A stretch of DNA of 64,000 bases from Raillietiella orientalis (lineage: Eukaryota): assembly GCA_036172245.1 (NCBI GenBank), contig JAYWIR010000014.1, positions 1 through 64,000 on the forward strand, in the 5' to 3' direction. Position numbers and translations under genes: made by a program. Below the pieces are notes generated by a model. That model was not told the DNA's origin. It ran no database searches and saw nothing but the letters and a program-made list of their open reading frames with translations. Below, piece after piece: positions 54,301 through 64,000 of this stretch (the first letter of the stretch is position 1; each line of letters opens with the position of its first letter).

Positions 54301-56144
54301 GTACTGACTGAAAAGTAATAATCACATTTTAGATGTTTTTTGAGATTCTGAAGAAGAAACGGATAGATCTTTGGCAAGATATTTGTTTCCATAGAAGTGA
54401 CTTCATTTAACCAGCTGGGAACAGTTGGAAGCTATTTGTTCAAAATAAGATACTGAATAACATCAGGGTTTGTGAGCACTCCTTTTAACTGACTGTGATC
54501 ATTAATTTAGTTTTAATGATTTTCTTCCTTGTTGATATTTCTATGCCTCTTTCTTCTAATGAGAAAAAGAACTCTTTGTCGATTAAAAAATCTTTTCAAA
54601 TAGTTCAATCCTAAGCATCATTATAACCGAGTTTTAAGTACTTCGAACAAACAAAAATATCTATCAAATATTAATGATTAAATGTAATTCATGAGATCAT
54701 TTTTCACTCATTCGAGAAAGCAGTCATTAGGGTTTGTTTTTCTTTCAATGTCATCAGCTTATGCGAATGCAATGTGATCCCCAAGTGCACTTTTTAATTA
54801 GTGAAACAGATTTTTGCTCTAAAAAAAGTTCCGTATAGCTCAAAGTAGCGTTTCTTATCCAATACGAGGTCATCAGCTGATCGCGAAATGAGCTAAAGTG
54901 CAATTATTACTTGTTCAAGTAAAAGTAATAAAAAACTCAAGTCACTTTAACATATGACTGAGTTCGTTTCCATATAAGTAACCCGTACAGTGACACCCAG
55001 CCACCCACCCACACCCACAAGATATACGGAGGATAGTATGAGTAGCGGACGCTCTGCTGAAGTGGGAATAGACAAGCACTGAGCAGTATACCTGTATCCA
55101 TTCCATTGCCGGTCTGAGTGTATCGATAATTCTGATTCTCCATACGTGTCAGAGTCGACGAGTATCTTGGATCTCGACACAATCCCTGATTCTTTAGCTG
55201 TTGCATGTCTCTGAAGCACATAATTCGCTTCATTACGATCAATAGGGAGCTCTCAGTGTTGTTTTTCAAAAAATAAACCATTAGTGGCAGCCATTTACAG
55301 CATGCTAAATTACATTAAAAAGCGTACGTCGAGTGGCAAAGAATTTGATGTAATTGATTTACACTCGACAGAAGAAAGCCCAATTAGGTATTTGATCTCT
55401 TGATTCTGAAGTTTTTTGTCTTATTCAATTCCTTTGGAATTTTGAAACACTGGGGCTTGTTCGAGAAACCTCGCTGTGAAGCTTGCACATATACTACCTG
55501 AACAACATTTCAAACGAAAAATATTCTAACTCTTTCGCAAATAGGACGCATAACTTGGTACGGAGCATTTGGAAAATACAAATAACTCAGAGCATGAACG
55601 CTAATGCATCAATATTCCAGAGAACGACGAGAACCCGCTTGGTTGCATAGCTCGCGGGTCTACTGTAATTTTTTATTAAGCCGTTCTGATGAGCCACTCA
55701 CTTCATCGCATCTGCTGGAATTAAAACGGTGGATCTCAGTCTAAAATTTCGAACGTCGGTAGAGATTTCCTTCAAGTAAATATTTCAATGCTTCCATCTA
55801 TGCCGTACATTTCCTATCCACTGTAAATTGCATAAACTGATCTTGTGATGTCTACTATACCCTTATTTCAACGAGAAAGTCTTGGCGATGGGGAAAATTT
55901 TTCCATAGAACTTTTGGAATTTCAGGAAGAAAAGCACATAATCGACTTCCGTGAATAAACTGTTAAGGAAAAAAACTCTGGGATAAAAATGAGCGGTAAC
56001 AATGAAACATTGCAGCTCTGTGTTTTGAATACGCGAATGTGTGTGTCTTGCAGGAGCAAGGATTGACAAAAAGCTTTTAGCCTTTAGCTCAAAAGTCAGA
56101 AATTAGGACTCCTTAGAACCTAAGGAAAGGACCTATCGAGAATC

Positions 56145-56190
56145 CGAGGATTACTACCTAGGCAGCGGCTGCCTTAGGTAAGAATCCTCG
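56145..56190. repeat. Near-perfect 46-bp inverted repeat
   Basis: CGAGGATT-AC-TACCTA-GGCAGC-G-GCTGCC-T-TAGGTA-AG-AATCCTCG. Confidence 0.8.
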
Positions 56191-59054
56191 TATTTTATTT
56201 TCTATGGCCCATTTCGTTAAATAAATTCAAGTATTTTAGGGATTTCGGAGCAGCTTTCTTGAAACTGAACTGATGCTGAAAATGAAGTGAAAAAAACAAA
56301 TGCATAACCAAAAAATACTGTTGTACAAATATTACTTTACCAAGATTGAAGCTCTATCCGATGATTCACGGAAGCACTTGTGCCCATTTCTTTTTGCTCC
56401 TCCCCCCAGAACCGTTAAGATCCGGTGCAGCTTGCATGTTGCATCGAAGTTTTCAGTTCGTGCGTTGAAATGCTCGTGACGAGAAAGAGGAAGGAACTGG
56501 CAACCGCAGCCGACTGGTTGTTCAGTGACTGAACAAGTCAACAGGTTTACATTTTTCTTCCTCAGTGTTTGAGATTAATCGAGACCATTGTCCCTGTCGA
56601 GAGTTGCTAATAAAAGAAATTCAACTGTTGTAACAATTCTCTGAGTTCAATGACTTGCATTCTTCAGCAGTTGGATTTATGGCAACTGGCGAAGAACTGC
56701 TTTGAGATTACATGCTAGAAAAAGGATGCGTTCATACTTATAATGGATTGTTCCGCAGTAAGAATCTAAAAAATCTTATAACGAGGTCTTGAAACGTTGA
56801 CCATGATTTGTCATATCTTAATCAACTTGAATGACTGTAATTTATTTACGGAACTTACGCACCGCGTAATGATTCAGTTTATGATCTGAAATTTCGAAGT
56901 ACGACCAAACCAGCCATATCAGGTTACAACTGTGTACAATAACGGTAAAAAACATCACTTACTGTGCTCAGTCTGTAGATACGCGCTTTTCGTATGCAGA
57001 CGGGAGTACCAATGAGTTTAATAGTGGAGGATTTAAGGACATCTAGAATTCAGGAGTTTTTTTTTTTGGTTTTCCTCTCAGAGAATTGGTTTGCGACTGT
57101 CAGTTTTAGAATATTCGCTATATAGGAAGTGCCGGATAATTAGAGATTCTGAAAATTAGAAAGAAAATCACGAGATCACTGATGAAGCTAGACTTGATGG
57201 CCGTTCTGAAAGGTGGCAAATGAATGTGCAAATAGATGGAAAAGAGCTGTACTTCTCAACAACATCTTTGCACGTATACATATCTTCGAATACTGAATTA
57301 TCGTGTGCCGAACCTACTTACGCGTTCTTGAGTTCTCGGCTGCATCTCAGAACGTTGCTTCAACTACGTAAGCTACTTGTATCGTCTGGTTCCATTTGTG
57401 TTCTTAACGTCAGTCCACGTTATTGAATGTGTTGGGGCACTTAACTAATTCTTTCTAAGTTAAATGAAAATGAAAACGCATGGCACTAATTAGGTACCTT
57501 GTTTCTATTCTTTTGAGGAATTCTCTGATTTATTTCTATTCTTAAAGAATGATTGATAACGTGGTAAGCGAACCTCATTTTCATAGCAAATTTACCTTTC
57601 ATGGGTTTGTTTTCCCCGCGATACTTTATTCCTTCGTGGATGTCCCCAGATAGTTTTAATTATTCCCATTTGATCCTTGCATGTTTCACATATTTCCACC
57701 TCCTTGCAACTTCTCAAAAGAAATTTGTACGAGTACAAACGGTCCTCTCAAACAGCAGTATTTCTTTGGTGTTGTCCCTTTAGTTTCTGTGCTTTGTTGC
57801 CACTTGCTTACTCTAAAATAGTCGACACAAAATGCTAGAGGTGCCACAAAAGGAGTGGTGGATGTATGTATGAGTGAGTAGGGCAACACAGTTTTGTTTT
57901 CATTTAGGAGGAAGATCATGGATCGTTATGCACCTCGCAGTGATGTTGGAGACAAAATCCGTTGATTGTTTGAGGGATAAATGATCATCTTCTTGTACAT
58001 AGCCCCAGGATTAATCTAGGTTAAATTCTAAAGGAAACAACGAAGAGACCCGTAATGAGTTTGTTGGCATTCAAAACATGTTTGAACTCAGTTTTAATAA
58101 TAGATCAATGTCCACAAACATGGTTCTGTGTACTTCATTATACTTATAGGTACATTCAGAGATACACGGAACTTTAGCTATTCTTACACTGGTCTCTCTT
58201 TTTTTTTTTTTATGAAAGTTTCCAAATGTTTTTTGCTAGTAGCTGATACCGCGAAGGTGCTTGCAAACAAATTAAGTGCGTAGTTTCTGCTTCCCACTTT
58301 GGCAATCAATCATTGGTGACATGAGTCTGCTCTGCAAATTCTGTACTTCACTAATTTCTTCGAACTGATACAATCTTTCCCGTACATCTCCATAAACAGA
58401 ATTTCGAAGAGTTTTAAAATTGTCGAAAGCAGCAAAGGAAATAATCTCTACTGTTAGTCTACATCTAAGAAAATGCAAACAGCATGTATCACATCTGAAA
58501 AGGAATAGGAAAGAAAAGCTGAAAAAGATGCTGCAGGCTGTGCGAGCCACAGCCCACAGCATCTTTTTTGTGCGTGTGTAACCTTGGAGAATTTTTCGAA
58601 ATTGCACTTAGCGTCCTCACTATGAGGCTGGCTGATGTAAATCTAGTGCCTCACCTGACAGCCTACCGGTGAAATTGAGAGATCATTCATATGGAGTAAA
58701 AAAGAACAAAAAAACAAAAACACAGATGTTATGAAAACGGCATTCCTTGTTTAAACAATTGTGGTCTACAGAACATTTCTTAGACAGGCATGCAGCCCGT
58801 TGTGAGAAAAGGTCTCCCCACCAATGATATGAAGAATCGGAAAGTTCTATTTTGGAAAAGGAACAAGGGTTTCTCACTTTCTCGCCTTTCTCACTTAAGT
58901 AATTGTTCTCCTACGAAAGAGTATCTAAATGGATTTTTACTTTCAAAATCGATCCAGATCACATACATCTTTTGTTTTGATTAATTAAAGTTCGCTCATT
59001 TCTATTCAACAGTTGTTTAGGAAGACGCTTTTGGTATAGCTGGCGACTTTCTCA

Positions 59055-59852
59055 ATGGGGTGGAAACTTTGGCAAGCTGGAAAGGTTTTGATAATGATTC
59101 TGGTAACAACAAACATCACTGACAGCAATCGTCAGAGGAAACCTTGGATTACTTTTGTTCCTGGACCAGGGTCTCGCTTAGAAGCCTTGTACAACAACCA
59201 GCTTATCGCAGTAATCACTAGGACAGGAAACTTGTTGGAAAACTGCACCTTAGTAGAAGCCAGGTGAGATCCTAGGATCGATTGCTACCTCATCTCTGTT
59301 TCCAGAACAGAGAAGGATCTCGCCTCATATCTGAATGAACTAAACTCAACGGTGCCACTCCAGGAAATTAGCTTCCGTGGCATGTTCGAAATCATGAATG
59401 CTTGTCACAACTTGAGCACACGTTATTTCGAACCTGATCCCAGACATGTAACCAATGAAGAATTTGGTATGAAACGAGTCCTCTTAAAGTATGGGATTGT
59501 ACCTGGAACCAAATGGTGCGGTAATGGAGATATAGCGAGCAACTATAACGACCTCGGTGCCTTGATGAATATAGATGCTTGCTGCCGTGAGCATGATTTG
59601 TGTCCCATAAAAACCAAGGGCTTATCTTTTGATCCACGTTATGCATTATATAATCCTTCTTTATTCACGAGATCTCACTGTGCATGCGACTTACGTTTAC
59701 ATAATTGTCTCGAAAGGATTGGCAGTCCCTTAGCCAGAGTAATAAGAGAATTATATTTTTACATAATGCGCCCTCCCTGTATGACTCCGTGTATCCTACA
59801 GAGTTGTGTAACACCCTTTAAGTTTTTGGATGTAATTAAAATTCCTGTATAA
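59055..59852 (+). CDS. Group III secreted phospholipase A2 (bee/scorpion-venom-like family), 251 aa; exons 59055-59263, 59306-59852
   Basis: IVPGTKWCGNGD (Ca2+ loop), DACCREHDLCP (catalytic His-Asp) and RSHCACDLRLHNCL. Hydrophobic N-terminus and a pro-region with a KR pair. A 42-nt GTGAG..TTTCCAG intron keeps the frame. Confidence 0.95.
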
Positions 59853-60967
59853 CGGAACGCGACTGTTATTTGTTATGATAACAAATATGTATTACATTTA
59901 AAAAGCATCGATCGCGACTGGATTCTTGTGAAATTACAGTTTGCTCTGAAAATAGATTGTCAGTCTTTGTCAAAAAACTACAAATCAGTGCTTTTTACTT
60001 AAAGATACTTAATGAGAAAGCCTGAAACAGAACTAAATATACAATCCTGAGTGAGATGCAAACTACGGACAGAAAATAGCACTTTTGAAATTCACAAACG
60101 TAATTTAGGTAATGAAGCACGTTTTAGCAGGCCAAGCCTAACTAAATGATTCCAGTTAGGCTGTTTTTTTCTTTTCTTTTTTTTTGAATGTGAACAATAT
60201 TTTCGAACTGATTTTTAGATTACCCGAGCAGCATCCCATGTGAATTCGTACATACAGCCCTTTGGCGATTTTTTTTTTTTTTTATCTGGCTAGCAGCTCT
60301 GTACATTCACGACTGACAGAGAAACTGTTCAGAAAAAATCTTTCACTGTTCAAAATGGATATTAAGCAGATGTGTTTAAGCAAGAAACCATAGAAACAAT
60401 GAACAAAACCTTCGCTTGAAAACACCTAATCGAAGAAAACGGAGTATTCATATCTTTTTGGCTGCTTGGTCAAATACAAAGGAAAAAAGAAATCCTCTTT
60501 TATTTGATGACTTTACATATTTTACATGAGGATAGATTAATAAAAACATTATGAAATAAAAACACAAAACTGATTTAAAATTATATTTCATGATATGGAA
60601 AAATCACTCGTTTGAAGATGAAACTATGTGGAATAAAATACTGATAAAACGTCTCCACGGTCAAGTATCAGACGACATTCGTGTTTCATTCAATTAAATT
60701 TTTGGATCTTCAACGCTTATGTTGATGCGGATCTTTTGATTTTCCACCTTTACGTTCCGAAAACACGATTCCTCTAAATGTAACTGAAACGATGTGACAA
60801 TCAAAACATTTCAAGGAAACCTCAAAGAGAAGCCACTTTTGGGAGAGTTGCGCAGTTTGCTCTTTAATGGGACGACCACAGATACAAAATGCATGCCGAA
60901 CCTCCTATCAGGTCTACGAGAATCGGATGACTTCATCTGGGACAAAACAAGTGGCATCTGCAAAAAG

Positions 60968-61000
60968 TACCGCTCCCCCGCAGAGCGCGGGGGAGCGGTA
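60968..61000. other. Perfect 14-bp GC-rich stem-loop
   Basis: TACCGCTCCCCCGC-AGAGC-GCGGGGGAGCGGTA. On the minus strand it is followed by CTTTTTG. Confidence 0.85.
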
Positions 61001-61698
61001 TGAATTCATAAAGGCGGAAAACAAGTACAAATAAAAACGAAAACAAGGTATCGAAGAAGGCAAACTACTGAAATAAGTGCATGGAAGGGCAGGAAGAGAT
61101 CACCTCAAAACGTAGAGCCTGGACGCTGAAAGCGAAGTGGGATATTGGTCTCTACTGATGAATCCCTTCAAACCAGCGCGTGATCACTACTTATTGCATA
61201 GATCGAAAAAATATCCGGAATGCAGGTCAGCACGTAGATTCTGCAGAGACTCTCGCACGGTTCAATTTTCGGCATCCTTATTAAAAGCATATGTAGAATC
61301 GCAACTTGCCAACAGTGCTGCATGTGAGATTATTGCATCATATTGTACAGCAATGAACGGATGGAAGGAAAACAAACATTTTGTGGTGCTATAATGCCGC
61401 ATGGTAAGCATTGCTGTTTTTATTTTAATCAAAGGGTTTCTTTCAACCACATCGAGATACATGAAAAGTATGCAAGATAAACTGCTATAAAAAAATTAAA
61501 TTCGCTCCAGAACTCACAATGCAGTGGTACTATCAGTACTTACATCACAAAATGAAAACTTAAAGAATCTATGATGTTACCACTAACATTCCATATATAC
61601 ACTTGTTATGTGAAATGACATGGAGTGCAAGTACAGTCTTAAGGATATGGCAACAACTGACAGCAAACAAAACAGGACTGAGAAAAAAGAGCATGTTG

Positions 61699-63003
61699 TC
61701 AGAGCTCAGTGGGTGCTTCAAGCATCTGCATCAGGAATGTGTCAATGGGGTTGTCACCAATTAGCTTAAAAAAAAACAAATGTTCTAAACATTTAAGGCC
61801 AATGGATCGTAATGCTGGAAGCCTCAACAAAAGTTTTGCAAAGCGTCCATGCTGGTCAGGATAGGCTTGGCGGCAGTGTTCTTCTAAAGCAACAAATACT
61901 TTATCACGTAAAGATTCAACCAGTTGCACTGATTTAAGTCCTTTGATTTCTAAAACAAACCAGTTATGGGCACAGAGTGGCATAGGAACTCACCTGGATT
62001 AAAGAGAACAATGGCACGAAGGCATCCTAATTCTGTACGATCCATGTTAATTTCTCTCATCTTCACAACAAGCTCAGAGAGCACTCTATCAAAAATAGTA
62101 CCCACACCAGCTGCATGAGCAGACTCCCGATGCACTTGTAAACCATTGGCCAGAATGATGGCATCCTTGACTTCAACAGAACGGTGTGAAAAGGAAGCAA
62201 TCAAGAGCTCATTCCAGCCAGCACGTAACAAAGCAACTTGATCTTCCAGGCATAAATCTAAGAAATGAGGAATATGCTTGGCCCATTCCACAAGTTGCAT
62301 CAGCTGCCTATCAGCAGCTTGGCAGATGCTTGCCACAGCATCTGGACTAGCAATATCATCCAGTAACTCATCTTTCACTTCTGATCTTAATTCAGCCTCA
62401 AGAATTTTCTCCAAGGACATGTCAGTTTGTGAGGAACTGGATTCCACCTCTGCATCAGTACGCTCTTTACGATGTCTCTCCTCCTGCATTGCAGATTAGC
62501 AAGAGACACCCAATTGAGCAAGCACTGACAACCTGCACTGCCTCCCGTTTCATTCCCATCATTAGACACTTTTGGTAACGGCAATACTGGCACCGGTTGC
62601 GCTGCCTCTTATCAATGACACACTGGCGATCTTCACGGCATGCATAGGTCAAGTCTTTTCTGACTGTGCGTTTGAAAAAGCCTTTGCAGCCTTCACAACT
62701 GTATACACCATAATGTTTGCCACTGGCACGGTCTCCACAAATAGCACATAAATGTTTTGAACCAGACAGTGGATGATTAGGAGGATAACTCTGTTGCTGT
62801 GGACTTCGACTACTACTTCCAGCTGTTCCAGGAGGTAGATAACCCAGGGGAAATCCTCCTTGGGAAACACTACCAGATGGGTTTGAAAAATACTTTACTC
62901 ATCCCCACCTTGGAGAATTGGGTCCACTTCCTGCATAAGAAGAAGACAAGAGCGCTGGATCTGGTTTTAGTTCCAAAGGACTATGAGGACCCATTGAGGT
63001 CAT
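61699..63003 (-). CDS. RXR: Retinoid X receptor / ultraspiracle (NR2B), 390 aa; exons 63003-62909, 62869-62533, 62483-61994, 61949-61699
   Basis: A/B region [12 protein letters not shown] and [48 protein letters not shown]-box [71 protein letters not shown]-2 FLMQMLE. Introns of 39, 49 and 44 nt. The spliced CDS is 1,173 nt, in frame. Confidence 0.98.
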
Positions 63004-64000
63004 TCTATATTATATGGAGCTTTAAATGAAAACCTGGATTATTAGATGTTCGACTTGAATAAAACATTCACAAAAATAATGCATCATGCAAAGGTGGTAC
63101 ATTGCTAGTTGCTATCAGTGCATGTGTTTGAAAAAAAGTATCATTGGAAATAGCCATTAAAGCTCTTAAGAGGATCACATTGAGCACTTGATGTAAAGCA
63201 TCAAATGCCAAATAATCACATAGAAAAAAGGGCAAAAACCCATTAATTACAAATCTCCTTTGGAAAAAGCACTCATAAACCAATCAATAACATCATAAAC
63301 ATTAGGGAAAAACTTGGAAAAAATAAGTACCAATGTTAAACCAGATGTTATATTTGTGAATAGCAATTTTGATGGATTCAGATTCTTTCTGGGGAACACG
63401 AAAGTTCTATCAACACCAACACATATGCTCCTCAAAGAAGGCTTTTAAAAAAATTCAGATCAAAATATGTGAATATCTGTTTTCTATATATTTACAGTCT
63501 CCAAATAAACAATATGTAATTGATATTGATGAAAGACCAAGCTGTTCTTATTTTCAAGTTTTAGCACATATATTATATGTATCAAGCTGGTTTTTTAGAT
63601 TACAGTGTACTCGTGTGTAAAATGATTATGTTCATTAAAGTTTGTTTCACTCGGTCTCATTTTTGGAATAACATACACTTGCTATTCCGAAAATAGCTCA
63701 AGTTTGCTACATTCTTTAATGGATGCTTACTCTTTGCTCACACTTCAATAGTACTTTTTTCTGAATATGATCTTTATAATTTTTTTCTTCTCCCTAACAT
63801 CATGTACCCATAGAATTGTCCATCTCTCCAATCATATTTACCTAAATAAAAAACAAATTTATAGAATACATAATCACTGTGAACTTCAGCCTATAAGTTT
63901 TTTCTATTAGCATTTTTTTAATGCAACACGCAAATAGATTTAAATGTAGTTCAGCACACAAATCTTCCAGTTATGCTTCAATAAAATCCACAGAACTAGA

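Noticed and set aside
53049..58984. Scattered 60-115 aa ORFs
   Set aside because: No recognisable domains or consistent splice pattern; compatible with chance ORFs.
60962..61000. Bacterial rho-independent terminator
   Set aside because: The shape fits, but there is no adjacent bacterial-type gene and the context is eukaryotic, so it is kept only as an unexplained hairpin.

Overview
Eukaryotic (arthropod-like) nuclear DNA with very short GT-AG introns (39-59 nt). Positions 1-26.6 kb are the right-hand end of a tandem array of ~1.1-kb monomers (24 complete units in view). The monomers form higher-order repeats: a ~3.3-kb trimer inside the array, a 6,635-bp hexamer nearer the edge, and diverged terminal monomers. 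One + strand frame of the monomer is unusually stop-poor and reads like leucine-rich repeats, so the array may be an amplified, decayed LRR gene. The unique flank contains a decayed gag/ORF1-like retroelement, a minus-strand gene encoding C-type lectin + kringle + Ig domains (probably a type I membrane protein), a hAT/Charlie-type MITE, a decayed L1/Tx1 ORF2 3' end, DNTTIP1 convergent on RpL23A, two fused and frameshifted bacterial gene fragments (ispE and radA, Wolbachia-like, i.e. a probable nuclear symbiont DNA insertion), a group III secreted phospholipase A2, and RXR/USP. All gene identities come from motif recognition by eye; no database search was run.
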